Source of the DNA: the human T2T-CHM13v2.0 reference genome, Homo sapiens
DNA length: 64,000 nucleotides
Reading direction: 5' to 3' (one strand)
NCBI RefSeq assembly: GCF_009914755.1
Contig: NC_060947.1
The position numbers were made by a program, and so were the translations under genes. The notes under the pieces were generated by a model. It was not told the DNA's origin. It saw only the letters and a program-made list of their open reading frames with translations, and did not search any database. This document shows positions 1-13,564 of this stretch, in pieces. Numbering within the stretch: the stretch's first letter is position 1; every line of letters begins with the position of its first letter.

Positions 1-2033
1 CTAAGATGTGGTGATTGACAAGAATAATTCTATAGCTGTTCTGGATTGCAGTTTTCTCAGAAATAGGTACTCTCTCCTTTCACCTAAAGGATTTCTGAGA
101 ACTGATAAAGAACAGAAGTTCATAAGAAAAAATATGAGAAAACAACAACAGAAACCCAACAGACTTAAGTCACAGTAGCCTTGGAGAAGATACAGGCATA
201 GAAATGAGATTTTTTAAAAGTCTAGAGATAAGCCTTCTGTCAGTCATATCTATCATTATAATGTAAGAAATAATAAATATAGAGCCATTCATGACTGCTG
301 ATTCCAGGGAAAATTTGTTTTCATCATTCCTTACTTCTCCATTTCAATGATTTTTCTCCATACTACAATATCCCTTTTCTCACAGGTGTCCAAGAATCTC
401 ACAAGGTTGATTACTCCTCTTAAGGAAATTGAGCTCTGGCGAACTACCTTGAACATATTGATGGCTTAGGTTATGAATCATCACAGGAATATTAAATGTT
501 AAAATAAGAATTTCAGGTGATAAAATGCTTAATACAAAACAAAGAATTATCAAGAATGGCATTTCACTTCAATCAGGGATGTATTTTTAATGAGGAGCTT
601 CCACAAGTGACTTAAGACCTACCTTTCAGCCAATTACCCTCAGCTTTCTTTCTACTGTGTTATATATTCCAGGAAACATGAAGAGGTCTCATATATATAT
701 ATTAGGTCTCAATTTCTAAAATTTAAGACAAGAGATATATTCTAGATTCAGAGGGAGCAGGATTTATGTAGGTATATTTTCATTCAACTTTTAAATTAAT
801 AAAATAAAAATATAAATGTTAAAAGATATAAAAACAATATCGTCAGTACAATCAATAAAAATGAAAAAAAAATCAATTCCAAAATAAAAGAATAAAGAGA
901 AATAATGGAGAGTCTTTCTTTAAAAGTTTCTACATCTACATTAAAATATGCAAAATCTCTTAATTCTAACTTTACAATTGTAAGTTGCAACATAACCAGA
1001 AATGTATGACTAGATACTAATAAAAATTAAAATTAATAAGGGCATTTTGATTTTTATCCTACAAGTAAAATTGAATGTATCGGGCAGTTTTTTCATTGAA
1101 AAAATGTTAAATCTACCAGAAATACTTGGGATGAATAAGTATGCTTCATGGAAGCAGAAACTATAAATTGCATTCCATTCAAGTCCTCCACGGGATTGAC
1201 TCGGCACTGTCTGTCAGTTGTCTGTTTACACTGTATAATAAAACATATGTCTTCCAACAGACACAGCATAACTTCCTCTTATTCTCTCCAAACTAAATAA
1301 TAACCTTTGCTTTTACCAAATACTATTTTTAAATTACTGACTCTTGCATGTGCACAGTTGAAAAGGTCTGGCCTATTGGCTATGGAATTTTTATCTGGGG
1401 ATCACCAGTGGCCATTTTAATTGATTGTTTATATCTCAGCTGTAACCTAACCAGAAGTCATACTTTTTTTCCTTTTCAATAAAAAGTACCACACAGCATA
1501 TGAGGATACAACAGGCCACTATTCTTGGAAATATATTCATTCAGTAAGAAGCATTCTAAGCCAAAACACCCTCTTTCAACAGCCAAAGTTGAATAATCAT
1601 GTAAGTGGTCATTTTACATTTTCTGGAAATTAGATTGTCATGTTGCTATAGTATGGATGTTTGTCCCTGCCCAAATCTCATGTTGAATCATGTTGGAGGC
1701 GGAGCCTGGTGGGAGAAGTTTGGATCATGGGAGAGTATCCCTCATGAATGGCTTGGGCCATCTCCTTGGTAATAAGTGAGTTCTCACTTGAGTTCACCTG
1801 AAATCTGGTTGTTTAAAAGTGTGTGGCACCTCCCCGCCCCCACTCTCTCTCTCACTTGCTCCTGCTTTCAACATGTGACATGCCTGGCCCTCCTTCACCT
1901 ACTACCATGGTTGAAAGCTCCTTGAGGTTTCACCAGAAGCCAAGCAGATGCCAGCATCATGCTTCCTGTAAAGACAGAACTCAGAGTTAATTAAACCTCT
2001 TTTCTTTTATAAATTACCTAGTCTCAAGTATTT

Positions 2034-2073
2034 ATATCTATCTATTCATATATATGCATATATATGCATATAT

Positions 2074-2152
<79 letters not shown>
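2034..2152. repeat. Compound microsatellite (TA/CA/TG/GA) at the FLAM tail position
   Basis: Read directly: (catatatatg)n, (ca)11, tatatata, (tg)6, (ta)n, (ga)n. Confidence 0.95.
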
Positions 2153-2153
<1 letters not shown>

Positions 2154-2242
2154 TCTCACTATGTCACCCAGGCCAATATTGAACTCCTGGGCTCAAGCAA
2201 TCCTCCTGCCTCGGCCTACAGTCATGAGCCACCACGTCTGGC
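2149..2242 (-). mobile_element. Alu monomer (FLAM-like)
   Basis: gagtctcactatgtcacccagg..gaactcctgggctcaagcaatcctcctgcctcggcc..gagccaccacgtctggc. Flanked by degenerate TSD tcaagtattt / tcagttattt. Confidence 0.85.
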
Positions 2243-3114
2243 TTCAGTTATTTCTTTACAGCAATGCAAGAACAGCCTGATACACATGTTAATGGAAATT
2301 GAAAGGCCAAGAAGCAAACACACCTTATATATTACCCATAGTGTCTGAATCTGTGAGATACTTGGTCTCAAAAACGGGAATTTGTAAAAATTGTATTTCA
2401 GTCTTGTGAACAACGTAGATGTAGTTCTCATACTGATTACTACTGCAAGTGTCCCATCTTCACTGACTATTTAATCAACATGGAATGAACAAAGGCAAGG
2501 CAATAATATATTGAATCAATACTGTAAATTGCTCACATTAAAGTAGCAGCTTTGAAGGAGGCAAACATTGAAAATAAATAGAGGTTTGATTATATTTATC
2601 ACCAGTAACCATGGCATCTTCAAGACACTTGCTTTCTTCCTTAGTTTTACTGTCTGGAATTTCTCTCCATTGTAGTAGAAAGGCAAAAGCTGTCACTCAG
2701 TTGTTAATACCATAAGGACTTTGACTACTTTCTAAAAATAAAGCAGAGAAGAAAAGATGAAGAGAACAGATGACTGGAAGATGAATCACTTCATGATTGC
2801 TGTTTTCATAAGGATCAGGACAGCTCAGATTATTTACTATTTTACAATGTAGAAGCAATTCATAAATCTAATAAAATATACCTATTATATCATGAAGTGG
2901 ATTATTTTAGATTATGGGCAATCACTTTACCTTTTTTGTTTCGTTTGTTTTCTGGAGGGGTTAACGATCATATGCCCACCATATAACCATAATCAAAATA
3001 GAATAAAACTTAAACTCCACACTTTTCCAGGTGATAATACACTTCTTACTTTTATCTCGACAAGTTCTCCAAACACCATTTATCCTCTCTATCATGATGA
3101 ACCAGGAAGAATAT

Positions 3115-3770
3115 TGTATTAGTGTTCTATTACTATGCAACAAATTACCACAAACTTAATGGCATAAAAAGACATTCATTTATCAGCCCGCAGTTCTGCA
3201 GGTCAGAAGTTTAGCATGGCATTGCTAAGTTCACTGCTCAAAGAATCACAGTGCTGGAATCAAGGCCTCACCTGGTTGAGTTTTTTTTCTGAATGACCTG
3301 GGGAAAAATCTACTTCCATGCTCATTCAGGTTGTTGGCAAAATTCATTTCATGCAGTTTTATGACTGAAGGTCCCATTTTTTTACTGACTGTGATTCAGA
3401 GAAAGCTCTCAACTCATAGAAGCACTCTTCATTCTTTGTCATGTGCCCCTCTCCACCTTCAAATCCAGCAATAGACAATTACTTATGTATGGAATCCCTC
3501 TGATTTCTAGATCCAGATGGAAAGGGCTCGTGTGATTAAGTTAGACCCACCCAGATTATATCCCTTTTGATTAACTCAATTTGAATTGGTTAATAACTTG
3601 AATTACTTCTAAAATATCCCTTTTGACATGAAATATAATGTAATTACAAAATCAGCATCTTATATTCACAGAATCTTCACACATTCAATGGAAGAGGCAC
3701 ATTCAATGCAAAGGGATTATACAATGGGAGTGGGTTATTGGAGGTCATCTTAGAATCCTACCTTCCTACA
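3115..3770 (-). mobile_element. MLT1E-family LTR (3' LTR of a provirus remnant)
   Basis: tgtattagtgttctattactatgcaacaaattaccacaaacttaatggc...gaggtcatcttagaatcctaccttcctaca; about 650 bp long. Confidence 0.8.
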
Positions 3771-4605
3771 GTCAACTCTCTGATCCTCAATGACTCCCAT
3801 CCCTCCCAAATGCAAAATACATCAACCACACCAAAGGAACCCCAGGGTCTCATTTAATGATAACATTAGCTCAAACTCTAAAATCTCATAAAATAGGTAT
3901 TTATGAGGCTTCCGGATATAAAATTTCTGAAGGCTTGTGAAAATAAACATACAAGTAGTCTTTCCTCACTACCCCAACATACAATATTGGAATAATCATA
4001 ACATAACACTAGTAGACATTATAATTCAAAAGAGTCAGAATAGAAGCTAAAAATAACTTAGTGGCTCATGATCATATTGAAATCTATCAGGGAAAACATT
4101 AGTTTTTCTTTAATTAGGTTTTTAACGCCTGGGAATAAACTTTCTTGGGCCTAAGCTCTGCCCTTGGGCTCTAGGCTCTACTTTCTGAATTCTTGGCTCA
4201 TCTGCTGGGTTCTCAGTTCCACCCTCTGGACTGTCATCTCTGTGTTCTGAGCCATCATCTCTTTCTTGAAAAGTATCAAGTGTTGTCATCCTTCTTGTCA
4301 GTAAAATTTTGTAGGTCCAAAAGCCTCTTTTCATTTCCTTTAAGTCTAAGATGGTAATATTTTTTGTTATATAAATTTTCCAAGAACCTTGTGGGCCTTC
4401 CAGGGATACCAGGGGGATTCACTGCACTAGACAAAAACAACACTCGCCAACATCCGTATTGCTACTCACAATCTGTTGAAAGAAACCTAAAATTTTTCTG
4501 TCATGCTCTCCAGCCCACTTCCCAGGTCTAGTCTTCACCAATGTCTGGTTCTAAAGACAGTTACTAATTTATATGTAGTTTTTACTCATTATAGACACCA
4601 AAATC
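3771..4605 (-). mobile_element. MLT1 internal sequence remnant
   Basis: Follows the LTR with catccctcccaaatgcaaaatacatc, typical of the PPT-proximal MaLR-int. Ends at accaaaatc, the reverse of the gattttggt LTR/int junction. Confidence 0.6.
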
Positions 4606-4760
4606 GGCATCATTTTTCTATTACTGCCTAAAAATTACCACAAAGAAGGATTTAAATTAATACACATTTATCAGCTCATTTTGTAGGTCAGAAGTCTCAG
4701 TAATTCATAGATCATAGTAATCATACCTGGGTCATTACTATGTGGATTTCCAGAAGGTTC
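4606..4760 (-). mobile_element. Second, truncated MLT1 LTR
   Basis: ctattactgcctaaaaattaccacaaag..cacatttatcagctc..gtaggtcagaagt is similar to 3125-3210. Confidence 0.6.
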
Positions 4761-4859
4761 TCTCTTCATATTGAAATCCAACAACTCAAAAATAGTATGT
4801 ATATAAATCTTGAAAACCAGAAACAAATAGGCTCTAACTAGTATATATCCTGGAAAAAA

Positions 4860-6330
4860 AATTCTGAAGCTTTGGGCTTCCAGTACCAACAACACAACAG
4901 AGATACCTTATACTGATACATCCCCAACACCTACCTAACAGCATATAATATGATGGATGAAATAACAAACTAAAATGCTTACATATAACAAAGGCTTTAC
5001 AAAATAAAATAAAATAAAATCCTACATGCCAAAAATGGTAACCTAAACAGGAACTTAAAGCTACAATAGTAAGTTTATGAACTGGCTTGAAATGGCCTAT
5101 TAGACATTAATATAGGCTCTAATTCCTAGGGTTGAGGGTTTGATGCTGAAATCAAGATAGAAGACATGACATTGGCTTTTTGAGAGAGAGAGAGAGCGAC
5201 AAAGAGAGAGAGAGAGATAATGAATGTACTGATCTGAGAAATTGCCTCCTCATTTAAAGAGTAATTTAAATAACTCTTGCCAGTTGACCAGGAAAGCATT
5301 CAAACAAAAGTATCTTATAAAAAATCAAAACATCATACCTTTGCAATATGTAGGTGTGGAATCTGAATTTATACTACCCATGAGGTACAGGAATCCCACA
5401 ACTGAGAAAAGCAATGTATAAAATACATTGGCATAGGCCTTGCTCTACATCAAAGAAACTGATGAAACTGATGTAAAACCTTTCTGTAGGAACAAACATA
5501 GGACAAACAGCACAGAGCATTCCTGCAGGGGGGAAATCTCTTCAAAAGTTTAAGTCAAAAACCAAAATTACAAACCATATAAGGGAAAAAGTATCTTCTG
5601 TGAAGAAGAATCACCAGACTCAAAAAACAGGTAGATTGGCACCTCAATGACTTCAGATGACTGAACACCAGAAATAAACCATAAAGTAAATGTTTAAACA
5701 ATTAGGGAGTTAAACGAAGAAACAGAACATGAGATAAACATAATGAGCACTGTGAAAAAAGTACCAAGTGCATCTGCAAAAGATCTAAGATTTAGAAATA
5801 ATCTAAGTGTTAAAATGTAGAAAAATGGATAGTAAACTGTGAAAGGGTCACACAATAGAATACTGTCTCACAGTTAATAAACCAAATCTATATTTTCAAT
5901 AATGAAACAATAGAATACTATCTCACAGTTAATAAACCAAATCTGTATTTTCAATAATGAATACATCTTCAAAATGTCATAAAAAGCAACTTGGTATCAT
6001 TTATATAAATTACGTACTTTTGAAAAACATGGGATGAAACTGTAGATAACTACAGTAACATAAAGTTGTAATTAAAGCATAAAAATATATATTGATAGGA
6101 CAAATGCAAATCAGGAAAGTGCTTATCTGTCTGGGGTGATGGGGTTAGGGGAGATGTAGAAGGCCTATCTGTTTCAGTAGTGCTTTAGTTTTTAAAAAAT
6201 TAATAGAACTAAATCAAACACAATGACATATGAACATTTGTTAAATCTGGATAGAGTTTTATAGATTACTATTAGATTATTTTCTATAATGTTATGGACA
6301 GTGGTAATTCCATAACATTAAAAACATTTT
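4860..6330 (+). mobile_element. Ancient L1M (L1ME-like) fragments: 5' region, ORF1 remnant and 3' end
   Basis: A-rich degenerate L1-like sequence, with an ORF1-like stretch at 5630-5820 and a 3'UTR-like stretch at 5820-6330. Boundaries are approximate. Confidence 0.45.
5852..5961 (+). repeat. 55-bp tandem duplication
   Basis: acaatagaatactRtctcacagttaataaaccaaatctRtattttcaataatgaa occurs twice, with 2 mismatches. Confidence 0.95.
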
Positions 6331-6527
6331 AAAAGGAGAGAAAAACATCACAATTTTTTTTCATAGACTAGAGCTTGGCCAACATCACTAGAATAAAGAT
6401 ACTAATCCAAACATAAGTTGAAAAAGTCATTTTAAAGTAAACTACTTTTACCAAAGAAAAATCTAGTTGCTTCATTTTTAAATAAGAACTGTCGTTAGTT
6501 TGGGAGTCTTGATTTTTTGTGGGAAGT

Positions 6528-6690
6528 TGGTAGAAAAATGTGTACATGAGCTCTGGAACGTGGGCTCGAGCAAGACATAATCTGACTCTTAGTTTCTTAT
6601 CTGAAATTTTGAGTAAAATCTATATTCACAATTTTCTGAGAATTAAATGAGATAACATGAAAAGGACTTAATGTAGTTGCTGGGTTGCCC
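6528..6690 (+). mobile_element. MIR SINE
   Basis: Core cttagtttcttatctgaaa..tgagaattaaatgagataacatg. Confidence 0.65.
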
Positions 6691-7577
6691 TTTAGGTTGG
6701 GAAATGATTGTCATAGCCCTAAAACTTTTAGCCCACATTTTCAAGATCAGTATGAAAGATTGATCAAAGACATTATATTCATATATATATATATTTATAT
6801 ATATATTTCTAAAACACAACAAATCATGAGCAGACATGATTTCAATAAACAATTTGTTTATAAAGAAAAACATGTCTTTTTTTCAAGATGGTGGATTACA
6901 GGCATTGCTAGCATACCTTTCCTACGTGGAAGAACAAAATAGTGTATAGAGATTCACACTGTGAACTTTTCTTCAAGAAGCAATGCAGGAATTGAACAGG
7001 AAATCCAAAAGAATCTACAGACCCTTTGAAGGAAGGAGGATGCTGCAGCCTACACCATGTGTCAGGCAAAGGGCTGTGAGACCCCAGAGTGTAAGAGGCA
7101 TAGAAACTGCCTCTGGGATATATACCTCAACCAGGGCTGAACATCCAGGCCATGGGGGAAGACCTTAACCCTACTTAGCACAAGAATCAACTTGAGGAGG
7201 GGTGTGGAATATAAAAGTAGAAGCAGTAGCAGGAAGACCCTTGCATGCACTCTCAGTTTCCAGTGTGGACCAAGGAAAGCCATTCCTTATAATTCCTCAC
7301 AGGGGACGCTGCAGAAGGCAACCAAATGGATCAGGCAGTGCTCACAGGTGGAAAGAAGCCCCCAGTTGGGTTTCATGATACAACTTCAGATGAGAACAAA
7401 CCCCCTTGTCCAGGACTAAGGCAAGGGAGAATGAAAAGTGAGCTGTAGCTGTGACTACAGCATCTGTGAGTGCAGGAGCTGGGCAGCTAGCTTTGCAGCA
7501 AAGAGGGAGGGGCATGGTCTGAAAGCTGTGGTTCCTATTTCTGCAAGGACAGCTGATGACTTAGGGCAGTTTCAAAG

Positions 7578-7873
7578 TTTTTTTTTTTTTTTTAGACAGG
7601 ATCTCATTCTGCCACCCAGGCTGGAGTACGGTAGCATGCTCACAGCTCACTGAAGCCTTTAACTCCTGGGCTCAGGTGAATCTCCCACCTCAGCCTTCTG
7701 AGGAGCTGGAACCATAGGTGCATGCCATCACATCCAGCTAATTTTTTGTATTTTTCAGAGAGGGGGTTTTGCCATGTTGCCCAGGCTGGTCTTGAACTCC
7801 TGGGCTCAAGCAATCCGCATGCTTCAGCCTCCCCAAATGCTGGGATTACAGGCATGAGCCAACTTGACCAGCT
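7578..7873 (-). mobile_element. AluJ
   Basis: Poly-T, then a dimeric Alu with J-type ctcctgggctcaag. TSD agtttcaa(a)gtt on both sides. Confidence 0.92.
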
Positions 7874-10157
7874 AGTTTCAAGTTCTGAGTGCAGGTTGCC
7901 TAGAACTTAGCCTGCTACTGCTCATGGAGCACTGTGGGGCTGGATCTGCCTCGCCAAGTGCATGGAATATATGTGGGGCTTATGTGTGGGGCTTACCACT
8001 CACTGCCTGCTACTCCCCATACCCTGCATGAATTCTTCCGTGCAACAGAGGCAGCAATACTCATCTCTAGAACATCAACATAGTGGCCTGAGAACTGTTC
8101 CCATCCCCCAACACCCATAGGGGCTGCTGCTTGCCCTGCACATGGAGACTTAGAGCATGAAGCAGCCTGTCCCAGCCCCCACCTGGCTTTGCCCTGCCAC
8201 CTGCTCTGGTAGTTTAACACAAAGGACAGAAACTCTTGAGAGCTAAGTGGCACCAATCATTGCCTGAAAAACCAGAGTACCCTCATTGGGCAACATAAGG
8301 CAAGCTAAAATCCCACTGTTACCACTGCAGCTGGTGCTCCTTTGCAAGTGCTACCTCCTGGCTGGAGACCAAGCAACACAGTTCATTACAACATTTTCTG
8401 GTAGAATATTATTGTGCCCAGGTAGGAGAAAACAGCTACATGATCTCAGCTATCACCACTGACTGCACCACTCTGGCTTACAAGGAGGCCCCGAGTCTGT
8501 TCACATAACCAGTTCATTACTACTATAACCGGCATTGGAGAAAGCCAACACACTAAGGCTATCAATAACCAAGGAATCTCACAGAGTTTATGTCACTCCC
8601 TTAACATCTCCATTAGAGCCAGTGCTGTTGCCCACTTCTGGGACACTTGAGGACAGGTTACATCACCACATTCCTTGCAGAAATGCCTAAGCACTAGCCT
8701 GGAGTGTGACAACTTCACTAGGTGGCCAGACTCAGAGGGGCAACAACACTCATTGTAGTGTGGCTCCCAAGGATTCCCACTCCCAGAGATGGGGGGAGTG
8801 TATCACATCAAGGGGACACCCCATAGGATAAAAGAATCTGGATGGGAGGCCTTGAGAACCAGATATTTTTTGCTGGTGAGAAGTTTCTTTCAGCAAGACA
8901 CTGTTACAGTGATGGGCTCAACGGGGAACGTCTGCAGCTCTATCTCAACCATGAGACAGTCCTGGTGCAAATGAAGGGTCTTGAGAAAAGAACATCTTTC
9001 CATCTTTGTCCACCACCCCAGGCACAATTAGGACTTCTCCCATGGGAGCTCTGCATAGGTGCAACTATAGACAGCCTTTCTGGAACATATCAGGGTGACT
9101 GCATCTCCACAGAAAGAGCACCCTCCAGGTTCAGGCTTTCACGAAAGACAAACTCACAATTCCTCTCTGCTAGGAACATCAACATCTCTACAGATAAAAA
9201 GAGGTACCTGTCTGATTTGAATACTTGGAGCACTGGGACAAGAATTTGTTTAAGAAGAAGATAACTATCCTGCTGATCTGGCAGAAGAACTGAGGTGGCT
9301 CCAAACTTTCCCCCTGATAAGACATCAGCGTCGTGACTCACTGAGAACTTCTCTAGCCACCTCTGCCAAGGCTTGGACTTCTGCCCACCATTGGGTATTG
9401 TATTTACCCACCTGCTTTAGACACAATCAGCTCCCACCCAGGGACACTTCTTGTACTGGCTTGACATTTGAACCTTCAAGCCAGTGAATAAAATACCAGG
9501 GAAAAATAAATAAATAAATAAGTATATCCCACAGGTGAATAAGATAAGCCTCAAGATACGTCTACTATTGCATCCCTGTAGGAGATAGTGAACATTCTCA
9601 TACACCGAATACATTGCTACTACAATCAGCATATGAGAAAGCCATCATACAAAAACTCTCTATAACCAAGGAACTCTTGCAGAGTCTCCACCTCTGAAAA
9701 CACCAAGAACCATATTAGACTATAATTAACTATAAACATTAGAGTCACATCCTTAGGGGAAAAATAAATTACAAACCAAACAAACAAACAAACAAAATAC
9801 AGTAAAATCAAACATACATTCAAGAATAATTAGAAGAAATAGTCTAACAAAAACAGAAGGAACAAGAAAACTAATCCTGGCAATAGGACAAAACAGGGTT
9901 TTTTTTTTTGGCTTTAATATGTAGGTACTTTTTTTAAATTTTATTATTATTATACTTTAAGTTTTAGGGTACATGTGCACAATGTGCAGGTTAGTTACAT
10001 ATGTATAAATGTGCCATGCTGGTGTGCTGCACCCATTAACTCATCATTTAGCATTAGGTATATCTCCTAAAGCTGTCCCTCCCCCCTCACCCCCCCCACC
10101 CCACAACATTCCCCAGAGTGTGATGTTCCCCTTCCTGTGTCCATGTGTTGTCATTGT

Positions 10158-11648
<1,491 letters not shown>

Positions 11649-13154
11649 TAACTCCCCCAAAAGATCACACTAGCTCTCCAGCAATGAATCCAAACCAAGA
11701 TATAATTTTTGAAATATCAAATAAGGAATTCAAAGGGTCAATTATTAAGCTACTCAAGGAGATATCAGAGAAAGGTGAAAAACATCTTAAAGAAATTGAA
11801 AACAGAATTCAGGATATGAATAAAAAATTTTCTAGAGAGATAGATATCAAAAAGAAAAAACAATCAGAACTTCTGGAAATAAAAGACTGACTCAGGAAAT
11901 TACCAAATTTAGTGGAAAGTTCTAACAATACACTATAATAAGTAGAAGAAAGAATTTCCGACTTAGAAGATAAGGCCTTTTAATCAACCAATCATACAAA
12001 AATTAAAAAAAAGAATCAAAAGAAATGAACAAAGTCTGCAAAAATCATGGGATTATGTAAAACTGCCAAATCTAAGAATAATTGGTGTTCCTCAGGTGGA
12101 AGATAAAACAATAAGTCTGGAAAACTTATTTCAGGGAATAATTGAGGAAAACTTTTCTGGCCTGGCTATAGATCTAGATACCCAAATCTAATGAGCTCAA
12201 AGAACTCCTGGGAAGTGCAGTGCAAAAAGAACTTCACTGAGCTTTACAGTCATCAAGCTACCTAAAGTCAACATGAAAGAAAAAATTCCAAGAGTACTAA
12301 GAAAAAAGCACCAAGTAACCCAAAATTAAAGCCTATCAGGCTAACAGCAGACTTCTCAGCAGAAATCTTTCAAGCCAGAAGAGATTGGATCCTATCATCA
12401 ACCTTACCGAACAGAACAACTGTCAGCCAATAATTTTGATTCTTTCAAAACTAAGTTTCATAAATGGAAGACAAATAAAGTCATTTTCAGACAAAGAAAT
12501 ACTTAGGGAATTTGTCTCTACAAAACTAGCACTACAAAAAATGTAAAAAGTAATCCTAAACCTTGAAATACTTAATATGCACCAAAATAGAACCTCCATA
12601 AACTTAAAACTCACAGGCCTGTAAAACAATAACACAATTTTAAAAAGCAAACTATCTAGGTAACAATTAACATAATGAAGAGAAAAGTACCTCACATCTC
12701 AGTGTTAGCATTGAACAGGAATGACCTAAATGCTCCACTTAAAAGATACATAATGGTGGAATGGATAAAAAATTACAAACCAATTATCTGCTGTCCTCAA
12801 GATACTCACCTAACATGGAAGGATTCATATAAACTCAAGGTAAATGGGTGGAAAAGGATATTTCATGCAAATGGAAAGAAAAGCAGACAGAATTAGCTAT
12901 TCTTATATAAGAGAAAACAAGACTTCAAAGCCACGATACTAAAAAAATACAAAGATGGTCACTATATAACAATAAAATGATCAATACAACAAGAAGATAT
13001 TACAATTCTAAATTTATATGCACCTAATGCTGCACTCCCAGATTCATAAAGCATTTATTACTAGATGTAAGAAATGAAATAGACAGCAACACAATAATAG
13101 TGGGAGACTTCAATACACCACTGACAGCACCAGATAGATCATTGAGATGGAAAA

Positions 13155-13526
13155 CATATTAGAAAGTTATCACACTATAAATAAACACATACCTGATACT
13201 GGGTAATTTATAAAGAAAAGAGGTTTGATTTACTCACAGTTCAGCATGGCTGGCGAGGCCTCAGGAAATGTGTAATCATGTTAGAAGAGGAAGCAAAAAT
13301 CTTCTTCTTCACCTGGAGGCAGGAAGGAGAAGTGTCATGCAAAATGGGGAAAAGCCTCTTATAAAACCATCAGATCTTTGAAAACTCACTCACTATCATG
13401 AGAATGGCAGCATGGGGTAACCATCCCCATGATTCAATTACCTCGCACCGGGTCCCTCCCATTACATGTGGGAATAATGAGAACTACAAGATGAGATTTG
13501 GTTGGAGAGACAGTCAAAACATATAA
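13155..13526 (-). mobile_element. THE1 (THE1C/D-like) solo LTR within L1PB ORF2
   Basis: tactgggtaatttataaagaaaagaggtttgatttactcacagttc...gatgagatttggttggagagacagtcaaaacatataa; about 370 bp long. Confidence 0.88.
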
Positions 13527-13531
13527 GAAGT

Positions 13532-13533
13532 CA

Positions 13534-13558
<25 letters not shown>
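13532..13558 (+). repeat. (CAA)n microsatellite
   Basis: Read directly. Confidence 0.9.

Positions 13559-13564
<6 letters not shown>

Larger units (their letters stand above)
1644..2284 (+). mobile_element. MaLR solo LTR (MSTB/MSTA-like), interrupted by a FLAM
   Basis: Starts tgctatagtatggatgtttgtcc..caaatctcatgttgaa. Contains attaaacctcttttc and ends tttctttacagcaatgcaagaacagcctgataca. Confidence 0.9.

Noticed and set aside
10076-10103. C-rich tract, G-quadruplex-forming on the minus strand
   Set aside because: This is the standard L1PA 3'UTR polypurine tract.
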